This document shows positions 34,991-47,500 of a stretch of 64,000 nt of DNA, piece by piece (position 1 is the stretch's first letter; each line of letters opens with the position of its first letter). Source of the DNA: Lama glama (taxonomy: Eukaryota). The translations under genes were made by a program, and so were the position numbers. Under the pieces are notes generated by a model, which saw only the letters and a list, made by a program, of their open reading frames with translations, ran no database searches and had not been told where the DNA came from. The stretch spans positions 56,296,001 to 56,360,000 of the forward strand of contig CM052821.1 of NCBI GenBank assembly GCA_028534125.1, given 5' to 3'.

Positions 34991-35296
34991 CTGCCGTGGA
35001 TGCCCGCTTATGCCCCCAAAGCCCCTCTCTTGAGGTCCAGATCCCCGAGGGTGTTGGGAGGTGGGGCCCTCACGGTGGGATCAGTGTCCTTGTGCAAGAC
35101 AGGGAGCTCTCCGCCCTCTCCCCACCGTGTGAGGACCTGGGGCTACAGCCTGCCGAGGCCGGGAGAGGGCTCTGGCCAGAAACCCCCTCTGGCGCCTGGT
35201 CCAGGATGTGCGGCCTCCCGGAGCGTGGGAAGCGAGCGCCAGTTGTCTGCAGGCCTCCAGGCTGCGGTGATTGGTTTTGGCAGCCTGGCTAAGGCG
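34991..35296 (+). mobile_element. MaLR LTR, MLT1A-like
   Basis: 'ggaggtggggccctcacggtgggatcagtgtccttgt...ccaccgtgtgaggac...gcctcccggagcgtgggaa'. Confidence 0.75.
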
Positions 35297-37379
35297 GCTG
35301 CTTCCACCCCCGCGCTGTCCGAGTGCGGGCAGCCCCCTGGTCGGTGAGCTGCGTGTCTATGTGACACTGCTGCCGCCGCCCCGTTGCCCTCCGAGCTTAG
35401 CCAGCACCAGAGCTTTCCTCCCTTTTAACTCCCTGAAGCAGGTGCAGATGCGTGTTTACGTGAGAGCAGTCAGGGCTGTGTAAGCCGCTGCCTGAAACCG
35501 CCAAGGTGCGTCCACGAAGGCGGCCCTGGCGCCTCCCGCGGGGCTGGAAGGACACCGAGGGGCTTCACAGGGGCCTTGGGTCCAGGGGGCCCCCCTGCCC
35601 TGTCCACACTCCAGCCCCGAGGCGGCTGTTTCTGGCCCGCCCGGCCAGGCTCAGCCGGATCTCAGTGGCCTGGTCCCCTTTCTCACCCAGCTCATAGGAG
35701 GGTGGGACGGACGGAGTGAGCACAGAACAGAAACGGCCAGCTGGCCCGAATGGATCTGCTTCGGAGTCCCTGTGCCCAGGACGTCGGGCCTCGCCCGGTG
35801 TGGGCTCACCCCGATTCTGCTCCTCTGTAGCTCACACAGGCCGCCTGGCCACCTCCCCTCACTCAGCGAGGTTGGGGCGCCCAGTGATTCCTGGGTCCCC
35901 ACTCAGTGCACCTGCCAGCCACGCTCTTGGTGACTCTGAGCCTTCCGATCTCGCAGGGCCGAACAGAGGTACCTCCAGGCCCCTGAGACGTGTCCTCTAA
36001 TTCTCAGACGGAGAATTAAAGAGATGGGGGTGCTCAGCTCTGCAGCCCACCCCCCACCCATTTGATGAGTGATACAGGGAAAGATCCCCCTGCTGTCTGC
36101 CTGGGTTTTGTTTCTGCTTTTTCCTGTTGAGACAATTTGTTGTTCACGTGGTCTGCATGAGCTCGTTAGAACTGACCGGGGACCCCTGAACGAGCAAACG
36201 CTCCCGGCCCTGCCCCCGGGGCTGGGTCTGACGCTCTGGGCAGGAGCACAGTCTAGAGCCCCCGTGAGTGCACCGAGCGGGCACGCCCGGCCTGGGGCAC
36301 CCGTGGGCACCTGCGTCCCTAGGTCACTGCCCCAGGGCCCTCGTCCCTGCCAGCTGCCATCTCCACCGCCGGTGGCTAGACCGCCTCCCCCCAGGTCTCC
36401 AGCCAGGAGGCCTCCCAAAATGCCGAGGCAGGGAGGGTGGTTTTAATCGGAGATAATAAATCATTTTGTGCTGCAGGTTTTACAAGCCTCTGTTGGTTGT
36501 CACTGCGATAAAACTTGATCAAACAGTGTCATCCAGTGGGGAAAGGAGCCAGCGCCTCCCAGGGGGTGGAGTCCCCTGCGCTTCACGCTTTTCAGCCGCA
36601 TCTGAGAACCCGCTCGAAGTCCAAAGGGCCCCCCTCTGCATGCGTCTTGTTTACACCAGGCGCCCCTCCCACTGTGCAGCGGGGATGGGGGTGTGGAGAA
36701 TCCCGTCTCTGCTCCGACCTGCCCCCTCCCTCTGCCTCCTTTATTTTCCCAACCACTTTCTTTTCACAAGAGCACAATTTGAATCATTATCAGCTCCTGA
36801 CAGTTGCACCAGCCTCTGCTATCTCCCCGAACAAAAGGGACAATATTCAATTCAACCCGCTCGCGTGTCAAAGGGAATCGCAGGTGATTAAGCTCGGGAG
36901 GCCTCGTTTACTGTGGATTAGACGCGGCGCCTGCTGCACGGCTCACTGCAGGCCCGCCCAGCTCCGCTCCCGCCAGCCAGCTTCGGGAAGTCAGTGTCGA
37001 TAATCCCGAAGTCTCTTTGGCACCAAAATGATCTTCAAGCTGTGGATGCCTTGGGGCAGATGGAGCGATAAACCCAGAGTGCTTGCAAATGGAAAAAACA
37101 CCCACTCTGTTTCCTGCAGTATTTCCTGAGCAGCGAGGGGTCTTTGTGGATCAGCGCTGAGGGAGGGGGGCCTCACGCTGCATCTCAGGGGAACGGCGGA
37201 GCCCTCTGCACCAGCCTGTCTGGGGCAGTGAATCTGGGGCAGCTGGGAACTGCATCCATCGTCAGTCTCTCAACAAGAAGTGCAGTGACCACAGACCCTC
37301 AGGGACTGCCCAGGGGCACGAGCAGGCGGACTCACAGGGCAGCAAGCCCGCTCATCGTGGAAAACGGGGCGCCTGAGCC

Positions 37380-37510
37380 TTGAGGGAGCGCGGGCTGCCG
37401 GCGACCCTGTCCGGGCCTCTGCCCCTGCTCGGGACTCAATTTCCTCGTCTGCTCAATGAAGAGGTTGGGCTGGGTGACCTCAGAGGCTCCTGCCTGCGCT
37501 CACATTTTAT
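37380..37510 (+). mobile_element. MIR3-like remnant
   Basis: 'ctcaatttcctcgtctgctcaatgaagaggttgggctgggtgacctcagaggctcctgcctgcgctcacatttta'. Confidence 0.65.
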
Positions 37511-38285
37511 TATCTTAATTGTGTGCTATCGACTGCTGGAGAGGCCGGTCACCCTGGCGCTGCCAGCGAGCGGCTTTGTGTATTGATCTCCGAGTTACTT
37601 CGCGAGCTGTCAGACAAACTTCCCAAAGTGACTTTCGTTTGGCATCGGACAAGACACGGTATTGTTTGAAATTATTTTAACTTCATGGTGATGGGAGCAC
37701 TACAGATTGGGAAAGGCTGTGGGGCATGATGGGCGGGACCTGGGTCCTGGCCGAGCCCCTCCCCATCTCCGCATCTCCACCTGCGCCTCGAAGGTCGGTG
37801 CCTGGTGAGCAGACACACATGTGCCTGCCCTGCGGTCGCCCCACAACAGAACACCAGGGCTTTCCTGGCATTTTTCTCAGATGTATTCAAGAAGCAGACT
37901 CAGGAAGGCCCATCTGCAGATGCAGTCACAGTGGAGGGGCGGGACAGGGCCTGGACACATGCATCTGGGGACACAGTCCAGTCCATGGTGACGAGACAGT
38001 CAGGAAGCGAGGGTGGGGACCGGTTCTCCATGCAGGTGGAGGACGCCAAGTCAGACAGTCTTGGGAGTCAGGATTTGGAAACAAGACTTTCTACACTGGC
38101 ATGGTGGGGGTCTTGCCATTGTCCTTGGAGTCAGGGGCTGAGGCGGACTAGACGGGAGGCCGTACTTCAGACAAGGGAGCAGAGAGCATCGAGGACCCAG
38201 GTGGCAGGTGCAGTGGCTCCCCCAGGTTGCTGGGGAGTCACACCCAGAATGACAAGGCAGTGAAAAGGGGGTGCCTGAGCCCAGC

Positions 38286-38661
38286 ACTAGGGGCTGAGTT
38301 GTGTGTCCCCCAAATTCACGTGTCAAAGTCCTAACCCGGGGACATAGAGTGTGGCTGTGTCTGGAGACGGGTCTTTATGGGGGCAGTCATGTTAAATGAG
38401 GTCACAGGTGTGGGTCCTGGTCAAACGTGACCAGCGTCCATATAAGGTGAGGAGATCAGGACACAACACACACAGAGGGATGAGCACGTGGGGACGCAGG
38501 GAGAAGATGGCATCTGCATATCCAGGAGAGAGTCTTCAGAAAGACCCAGCCCTACCAGCACCTTGGTCTCTGACTGCCCGCCTCCAGTATGCGAGATAAT
38601 AAATGTGTGGTTTAAGCCCCCAGCCTGTGGTGTTTGTTACGCAGCCTGAGCTGACCAAGAC
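38286..38661 (+). mobile_element. MaLR LTR, MLT1A/MLT1B-like, near full length
   Basis: 'tgtgtcccccaaattcacgtgtcaaagtcctaaccc...gttaaatgaggtca...aataaatgtgtggtttaagcccccagcctgtggtgtttgttacgcagcctgagctgaccaagac'. Confidence 0.9.
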
Positions 38662-40177
38662 TGCCAAGAAGGGCCAGGTCCTAACTTACCTTTGAGTCCC
38701 CCCCCTCGGTAAACGCCTGCTGCACAGAGCCCAGTATCCTCTTGGAATGTCATGCGTCCCTCATCTGTCACCAAGGGGGTGCTCACGCTTCAACAGACGT
38801 CCTCCTCCCGCTGTGTCCTCAGTACGCACTCCCCCTTCCTCCTGCTGCCGCCCACTGCTGGGCCTGTTAGAGTCCGTGGCTCTGCGGGAGGCACTGGAGC
38901 CACGTCCCCGGGCAGGCTCCACCTCTGTTAGCCCACAGCCCCCACCGACGCCCACGTCTCTGCGTGGGAATGCCAGCTCCTCACTGGCCTCATCAGCGAC
39001 GGTGCTCCCGAGGGACATGGGCGAGTACCATCAGCTCAAGTCAAACACAGGCATCTCACGAGACGCAGGAAATGCCCTCAGACGGTTTCAGCGTTGATGA
39101 TGTTTCAAGTGTTTATGGCACTGGGATGTTTTTTCTTAGCTCCACTGCCCCATCTTTTCTCCAGAAGGAATTTGCCAAAGGCGGCGATGGAATTCCCAGG
39201 GGCAAGCAGTGTAAATGCTAACAGAGGTTATAAACAGCAAGGTTTCCCAGCGCGTCCACTGTTCGGGAACAACTGAAGCCCGCCCCGTGGTTTGGGAGGA
39301 GGGGGGCCCGGAGCAGCCTGAGAATGGCCGTCGTTCTCAGAGAGAGGCCGCCGGTCCCAGATGGACAGTGTCCCCTCCTCCTGGGGGAGGTTCTGCCCTT
39401 TCGGCTCTGCGGTCTTTCGAGTGTCTGGGAGGAAAGGCGGTGCCCAGGCCAGACCAAGCCCCAGACACCCACACTGAGGGCCGTGCAGAGGTGGGGGCCC
39501 TGGAGCAGAGCGGTCAGGCTGTGCTCAGGGCGCCACACACACACTTGGCTCCCTTCTGTCCCCAGATGAGCTGCGGCTCAGACGATCCGATTTGCTCGGA
39601 GGCACAACAGGCTGAATTCCTCAGCGCCTGGCAGGGAGCTCTCAGTGTGGCTGCTGGGGTCGGGGGGGACTCACTCATCCCCCGAATAACGAAGTTGCGT
39701 CACTGGGGATGGTGGCTCCCCCAGCCCTGAGGAGACCATAGGATCCGATGGTCACGTGACCCCCTCTTCTTCCCGAGAGCCAGAGGAGAGACAAGGGAAG
39801 CGAGGGCATCTAAGTGACGGGCTGCCTCTCGCAAGAGCAGAGCCACGGCGGAGGCCGAGCTGGTGATGCCGTGACCCCGGTGCTCTCGGGCCTCCGGTCA
39901 GCTGACACGTGCACTGGACGAGCCCCACACCTCGGAGGCTCGGCCGCTAGACCCAGCTGGCAGCAGCCAGATTTTGGCGGGGGCCTCTCCATCCCCCACC
40001 CAGACACTGCTCTTCTCAAGTTGTGTCTCTTGGGTCTTGCTTAATTCAGGGTCCCAAGTCGATGGCAAAGCAGCTCTGTGGGGCTTGATCAGCATGTGGG
40101 GATGTGGGCAAGCTGCATTATTATCTGATACATTTATCATGTGTGGCGTTGTACTTGTTGGTTATGAAAAATCAGCG

Positions 40178-40190
40178 GTTGCCTGGTAAC
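40178..40190. promoter_or_regulatory. RFX X-box motif
   Basis: GTTGCCTGGTAAC within an AT-rich island. Confidence 0.5.
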
Positions 40191-41361
40191 CGAAATTGTC
40201 TGTCAGCTCCCAAAACCCCAAGGCTGCAGAGCCAGGCTTGCGGGTTTCTCGGGGCCGTAACTGAGGCTTCTGGGCAACGTTGAGAAAACCTGGGAGCACC
40301 AGGGACTCAGGGGCCCTTGTTCAAAGCTGTTCCACTTAGAAAAACATCAGGTAACCGTCGTGGCTGTGGTTTGCAGCCACGATCAGCTTTAAGAGGGAAG
40401 ATGAGAGGGAGTATTTCAGGCTCACGATCACCTCCACAGGGGAGAGACCGGACACACGCAGGTAACTGGTGACAGCACACCGTCCAAGGCCCCTGGGAGA
40501 CCCTGGGTCTGTGCCAGATGCTCAGATCCCGTATATTTCCCACAGCAGCCGAGCTCTGCCTTGGGCTCCGGTGTGGGTCTGGATCCTGAAACCCAGTGAT
40601 CTTGAAAGTGAGCTCTCTGCTCCCCAGACCTCCTGTGTGTGGTTGCTTCTCAGTGGCTTAGCCCCTCTGGGGGGCCCATCAGTCTCCCCGAAGAGTCTGT
40701 GCCATTGGACACGCCCCAGTTCTGAAGCCGTTACTGAGGGAAGGACATAGAAAGCACCCTGAGGGGGAGAGCCCGCAGCCTGCCCCCCATGCCCGCTGCC
40801 CTGTAATCAGTCCTGTTCCCCCTCCTCCCATGTGGCCCCAGGTCTACCCCCAGTCTCGAGGTTCTTCCTCTTTTTCCCTTCCCTTTTTCCACCCCCACCC
40901 TGATGGCAGATTGCAGCTGGCTGAAGAGGACACAGTGCAGACAGTGGGCCCCCGCGTGGGGCCCTCAGAGTCCCCGAGGTGACATCTGTCTCACCCAAGG
41001 CAGTGAGAGTTGTGGGCGCCCGTTTCACCAAAGACTCGGCTTTAACTTTTCCAAACCTGTGACAGAAACAGCCTGCAAGCCCCCAGCTTCTGTCTCCTAA
41101 GTGTTTTCCACTAGAGCTTCCTCTGCTGCTCTTTAGGGAGAATGGGTCTTGTAAAGAGATTTACAAATTAAAATTGTGCCAATAAAATTATGTATATAAT
41201 TCTATGCTGAATGAAGACTGTCATTGGCTTCCTAGACGTTGTTCTAAGAACTGAATGAAGTCTGGGTCGTGGGAGAGACTGTTGTGAAGATGAACAGAAC
41301 CGAGGGCTCTCCTGTGTCCTGGGACCAGGCAGCGCCCGGGCCTCCAGCTGGGGCCGCGCGG

Positions 41362-41382
41362 GGAACCGTCCTGGGTGCTGAA
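41362..41382 (-). promoter_or_regulatory. RE1-like site, canonical spacing, imperfect right half
   Basis: Minus strand TTCAGCACCCAGGACGGTTCC. Confidence 0.4.
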
Positions 41383-41689
41383 GGCACAGTGAGCAGGGAG
41401 GGTGGGGAACAGAACTGCCGGCAGAGCCCATGGTGTAGATGCAGGGCAGGGGCTCCCTCATCAGTCCATTTGGGAAGCTCTCGCTGATTCCTACCCCACT
41501 GCTCACCATCCACCCACTCGCTCACCCCTCCAGTTGCCTGCGGCTCAGCCTTCAGTATCCCACCCTCCATCCTTCCAAGGCTCCCTGTGACCTCACCTCT
41601 CCAGGCTGCCAGGAGAGCCCACCGCTGGGCACCACCAGGAACTGACTGCATCTTGTGCCCTCTCTGAGCATCCCCTGCAGACAGAGCAT

Positions 41690-41885
41690 GATCCTGGCTC
41701 CTGGAATCTGGGTTCCAGTCGGGGCTTCACCACTCCCAGCGATGAGATCCGGTACAATTACGTGATGCTCTGTGATTCAGTTTCCTGTCAGTGATGAGGA
41801 TGATCCCATACGATGATTATGGGGATTAAATACACTAATGGACACAAACCACTGGGAGCTGTGCCTGCCACACCCTAAGCGTGGG
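41690..41885 (+). mobile_element. MIR SINE
   Basis: 'ctgggttccagtc...ctctgtgattcagtttcctgtc...ggggattaaat...gtgcctgccacaccctaagcg'. Confidence 0.7.
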
Positions 41886-41959
41886 GTGTGGCCGCTCGTC
41901 TTACTCTCAGCCTGTCCCCGACGGACGAGGATAGGCTTCGTATCTGCCCGCACTGAGCA

Positions 41960-42150
41960 CGGCTGGGGCCTCGGCAGGTTACTCTCTACTTCCAGCATCT
42001 TCATCCACCACTCAGCTAGTGATTCTAAAACGACTCCCTTATGCTTCCCCTCCCCCACTAAAATATAAACCCCACGTTGCCTGGGACCTTGCCTGCTCCA
42101 CCACGGGACCTCCGGGACATCATCCCACACATCGCAGGCACTCAGCACAC
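41960..42150 (+). mobile_element. L2 3' end
   Basis: 'cccccactaaaatataaaccccacg...gggaccttgcctg...cacatcgcaggcactcag'. Confidence 0.5.
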
Positions 42151-43349
42151 AGCTGTGAAGTGGATCATAGGCTCTGCCTGACAGCAGCAGCCCCCTCACT
42201 TCTGCACAGACCACTCCCCTCTCAGGCTGACCTTTCTGGAGAGAAAAGCGTGTCCCCTTTTCTCTTCTATTCTACTTAATTTCTAGAAAATTATCTTGTT
42301 TGCTTCTTCCCAGGAAGAATTTCCTCTCTTATTTCTATTTGAAGCTTATAAACTTTGGAAAGAAACAAGCCCTACTCTTGTTAAAAAAAAAAAGCACCCC
42401 CACAGAAATGCTGCCAATACCTGCTATGCGACATCATTAATAAATTACCACAATGTTGCAGCATCTTAAATGCTCATCTGCTCCACACCATTTGAAAGGA
42501 GCTGCGCTTTCCTGGGCTGGATGCCAGTGGCCGTCTGGTGGCCCCTGGAGCGTGTGCGGTGGGGGGGGAGGGGTGCCTGCTGACGGGGGTCCTTGTTCCC
42601 TCATTGGGAAAGTAATATATTGCCTTCTGTTCAATGACTCTCATCCCGAATCTGAGGTATTTCCACTCGTACTTTCCCAGAACGAACAGAGAAGCAGGAA
42701 TAGTCAAGGCATTTTCCTGAAACACAGTTAAGTCTTGCTATTTCAATGCTGTATATTATACACACCATGTACATATGTTTTTAATGCAGTGGGGATATGG
42801 GCTGCATCTTCGTAGCCCTCGGACAACTTGTGGTTCCACTACATGTGAAGCATGTAAGGAATTGTTTAGCAGGCAGACCTACAGCAGATCTCTAGGACTT
42901 GAGTTTCTAGAAGCTACTTTTAAGCTGTGCTTATTAGCTCAGTGCTGTATCTGTGAATGGAAGAAAAAGCCTTTCAGAACTACTTATACTGAAATGTTTC
43001 CCATACAAACAATAAAAACGTTTTAAACAAGCTACTTGCAAGATGAATTCACGAGTGTTCTTTCACTGAATGGAATTTATCCCCAGCGTGTGGTGCAGGT
43101 GGTGAATTGTTTAATAGACCTGTAGCTTGAGTGTTTCTAAGGCTACGTAGAAGCTGCCCAGAGCCCGGTGTTCTAACAGCAAATGGACTGAAAACCTTTC
43201 TGTCTGCAGGTAAAGCCTTGTTCCCGTACGAGGCATATGTAGATGCTTCTTGCAAGCTGTATGAAAGGCGTTTTTGGCACAATGTCCTTTCAGTGAATGG
43301 AGCACATCCCCAGTGTGTGAGGACACCATTACCATTCCCGGAACGCTCA

Positions 43350-43650
43350 GGGCAAGCTCTGCTCTCACTCCTCCCGCTGCCCGGAGCGCCCGCCCCGCCA
43401 CCCTCATGCTCATTCGGACTCTGCTCCGTTGCCCGCTTCCCTGAGAGTCCCTCCTTGACCACTGGTTAAGAAGAAGGACCCCCCCTTCTGTTTCCCCAGG
43501 GCCACTTGTCACCTCTGGACAGCACTCTTGATTCACGGCCTGGTGTCTTCGTGTTTAGTTGCCACTTTAGGAGCAGCTCGTTCCACCCCAGGTGGGAGAG
43601 CAGCACCCTGGAGCAGGAAGATCCTGAGTGAGGAGCACTGAGTGCAAGCA
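43350..43650 (+). mobile_element. L2 remnant
   Basis: 'ctcattcggactctgctccgttgcccgcttccctgagagtccctccttgaccac' resembles L2a. Confidence 0.5.
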
Positions 43651-44086
43651 CCAAGAAGGAGGACCATGGCAGCCTCCTGCCTGCTTGCTGCGGTGGGTCC
43701 CTCGCCCCTGCAGGGCACCTGGGAAAGCCAAGTGGGCCATGGAAAGGATGCCCTAGGGCCAGGTGAGGGTCAGCCCAGGAGTTTCCTCAAAGCCCGCTGC
43801 ATCTCAGCTCTTCCAAGCCTGGGGTGAGAGTAGGTGGGGCTGAGGCGCCAGGCAGCCAGATGCCGTGGAGGGGACAACGGATGGAGATTCCAAGACCAAG
43901 TGTGTCCAGCTGACCACTCAGATCTCTTCAGGGTCAGCAGTCCCAAGGAGGACCAGAGTCTGAGCCCTCTGACCTCACTGGCCAAGGTGGGGGTGGGGCA
44001 CTTAATGAGAGTGGGGGAAGCCATAGCAGAGAAGCGAGGTCCCTTCCGGGGGGCGGGCTGCGGGCAGGGGCAGACGGCCCCAGCGC

Positions 44087-44113
44087 TTCAGCACCGCAGG
44101 GCTGGACAGCTCC
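44087..44113 (+). promoter_or_regulatory. Non-canonical (split) RE1 site with 8-bp spacer
   Basis: TTCAGCACC-gcagggct-GGACAGCTCC; both half-sites match consensus. Confidence 0.55.
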
Positions 44114-44229
44114 CCCCTCCGGGAGGGAGCCACCGGGCGGCAGAGTCCACTCTCAGCAGGAGGAGGCTCAGCCCTGGCCTCCGTCCTCAAAAAAAAAAAA
44201 TGTACTGTTTATTTCCACCACCTCTGGGT

Positions 44230-44545
44230 TAACTTGTCTCGTTTGAAGCCCCAGTTTCCACTTTAAAGTGAAGTGTAATAAGTAGCAATAAAATCAGCTC
44301 ATCCTGCATTTGTTTTTTCCCAGCAAGGAGCAATCAATTACCTGAGAGGTGTTCGCGGCTGCGGATAAACGGTGACCTGGCAAGGTGCAATCGGCAAAGT
44401 GTCACTTTTATTCATGGCCTCAAATCTGAGGATGGGCTTGTCTGCATTTTAATTATCGGAAAGCACTTACCACCTTTGCTTTAATGAATTGTATAAAACT
44501 TAAACACTCGCAATTATATTTTATACATGAAAGGCAGCGGGCATG
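44230..44545. promoter_or_regulatory. Candidate conserved enhancer
   Basis: AT-rich unique island with ATCAATTA, TTTTAATTAT, TTTAATGAATTG and TGTCA motifs. Confidence 0.45.
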
Positions 44546-47500
44546 GTACAGGGGCGCTGAGGCCTCCGGCAGAGCCGGGTTAACTTTCTTCACCCCCACC
44601 CTCCGTCCCCACCGTCGTCCCCACCCTTGCGTCCGGCCTTTGTTCCTCCGACCTTCTCCCCCGTTGTCCTCTTTGCCCTGTGAACACTCAGCTAAGAGGT
44701 GGAGATTCACGCTTCCAGCCTCACTGTCAAGGACTGCGAGCTGCCTGGGTTGGAGGGTGGCCAGCAGCACAGCCGTGCTGGAGCTGACCCCGTGCCCTCA
44801 CACAGCTGGCGATGCCCACTGCAGGCTGAAGCCACCCGGCACTGCCCCCGCCCAGCTTTTTACGTCGCCCAGCGGGGCTCCACTTCTGGGACCCCACACC
44901 CTCCTGTGGGACAGTTGTCACCAGGACGGCCGGGAAGGGGTGACTCGCTCTGTCCACCTCCCGGAGCACAGGCCACAGGGAGCCCATAAGCCCCTCACCC
45001 CCAAATTTTAAGTGAACACGTTTGATTATGTGAATAATGATTCTGTTTGTGAAGCACGAAGACATCGTGACTTTATTTTTATCCAAACACATAGCGTCAT
45101 CGTCACAAGTCCATCATCGAAGGCTGAGACCTGGCTAAGCCCAGCAAGCTCCTCTGATGGAGGGTTGGGGAGGCAGCACCAGAGGCAGCCTCACTTGGGG
45201 TTCAATTGGGAGAAGGAGGGGCCCAGTCAGAGGTGATGGGCGCCTCCGTCTGGAGAGGGATGCGGTCACCAGAGCTGGGATCTGGACAGGGCACTGTGGC
45301 GGGGAGACAGCAGCTGGCCCCGGGCTCAGCCTGGCAGACGCTCCAGGCCCAGGGCAGGACAACCTCTCGCTGTCCCATTTCTGCTCCCTCCCCGTCCAAT
45401 GCCCGCTTTTCTATGAGTCCATGTGATGTCAGCAGTGGTGGGACGAATAGGAGGGTTCGGGCCTTGGGAAACCAGCATCGTCTGTGTCTTCCCCAGAATC
45501 GTGCTGTCCCCAGACAGGGGTTGGGGCAGAGTGACACAGCAGTGTGAGGGCCTTTCTGTCCTTTCCCTACTCAGAAAGCCCTCCGGGATTTATCTCCCCT
45601 TTTCCAGCTCACAGCCCTGAGCCCTGCCTCGTTCCCCCACCCCCCTCCGCCACTGACTGGTGACCGGCAGGGATGCTCTGTGCCCGGACCACCCAGAAAC
45701 GCCGGGCCGTGTCTCCCACTTGGCTTATTCGGGAAAAGCCGCACATCTAACACCTTCTCAGATAGGCACACGTTTGCTAGTGTGAGCCAACGCCATTCCT
45801 TCAAAGCCACTTAAATAAAAGGTGAAATGACGCTTGAGTCAGAGGGTGGGTAATCGTCTGACCTCCAGGGCGCGGCCGCCAGGGGACTCGTTACCGGCCT
45901 CGGTTTGGTGCCAGGCAAGGATGTGGGGAGACGTCCAGGCCAGGAGCCCAGCTTGGAGGACCCTGTGTCTGCTTCCTCGGTGAACCTCTCTGACTCCCAG
46001 TGGCAGAGAGGCTGGGCCGGGGTGGAGAGACTGGGGGGCAGGTGTGAACTCGGATAAACCAAAACCCCCCAGTATTTTGATTGGCTGCCCCAGTTGAGAA
46101 AAATTGTTCTAGCAGCTGGAACTTTGTGCCCCAAAACTGTCAGCTTCCAGTCAATCCTAGCATCCTTGAAGGAGCACTTCTGAGTGACCGGGTGCCCTCC
46201 TGACGTGCAGAGCATCACCGCCCTCCCCTTCTTGGCAGGCTCAGGGGAGCAGCTGGCCAAGAGCAAGGCAGCCCTGGGCAAGGGTCTGAAGCCAAGGCTC
46301 CTCGCTGGACAAGATGCCTGTAGAAGCTGTGCTTCAAAACGTCTCCATCAGTGACACAGGATGCAGAGCAGAGCTCTCACGGGCTTGTCCACCGTGTCCC
46401 AGCTGCTCACAGGTGGTGTCCAGGCTCCAGGCAGGCAGTGGTCAGCTGGCGCTCACACAGATGGACCTGCTTACCTCCGGCAATACAGGTGAGAGGGAGG
46501 GATAGAGAGAGACAGAGCTACGCAGGCATCGGGAAGTGGTGGTTTGGATCCAGGCCGGCAGGAGACCCAACCCTGCCCTCCCTTCCCCGTCCTGCACTAT
46601 TGCTGGAGAAACAGCCCCCAGATGTTCAGCGAGGAGCAGGGTTCGGGGAGTTCAGGGCACAGTAGTGTTTCTCATGGTTGCTTCAAGGAAGCCTCGCTGC
46701 AGGAGGCAGCCCCAGAAGGGGTAGGGACGGGGGTCCGAGCATCCCCGTGGACAGGGCCAGAGCAGTCGTGTCTCACGCGCCACATGTGTGCGTGTTTGCC
46801 TCTCTGTGTCCACTGTGAGCACCGGGCGCTGAGGTGATGCAGACACGTAGGCTGTGCTCTCCCCCCTGATTCCGGGGGCCCCACCAGCACCCCCGGAAGG
46901 CACGCTGTGCTCAGTAAGGGCGGCACAGAGAACACAAAAGCTCTTCGATACGGTCACACTTGCCGGCATCACCGTGTTTGAGGGCAACCTTCTCCAGGAA
47001 GCTGGCTGCGCGGATTGAAAGTTGACGCAGGTGCCCTGCAGGTGGGGTACGCAGAACCCCCGCACACCTCGCCTCAGCCTGCCCAATGCCTCCCGAGACC
47101 CAGGAGGATCAGAATCTGGTCCCTTCCTAACCATCTGCACGAATAAAGCTAGGAGGGAGGGAGGGAGGGCCCTGCGGCCGCGGGAGGCCTCACCGCTCCC
47201 CTGTCGCCCGATTCACGAGATGCACAGTCAGCAGGGATGGCGCTTTGCAGGTGATGCGGGCAGCGTGCGCCACGGTCATCGCAGCTCAGGTCACTAGGTT
47301 TCCACTTTCCCCCGCGTACTATTATGGCTTATTGTTTATCAACATGAACCCAAGTGGGAGGAAGTGATATTAAGCACGATCTCCTCCGCTTTCTGTGCTC
47401 CAACCAGGGGCCCTGTCGGTAAACAGTGCGTCTCCCATTAAGCATCGCTGCCCTTACGAGCTGTTACCAGTGAGGTTCGCACACCCGGGGGCCTCGGGGG

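Noticed and set aside
38684-38770. Perfect minus-strand donor AAG|GTAAGT with a possible short exon
   Set aside because: The acceptor is weak, the peptide is unrecognisable, and isolated donors are expected by chance.
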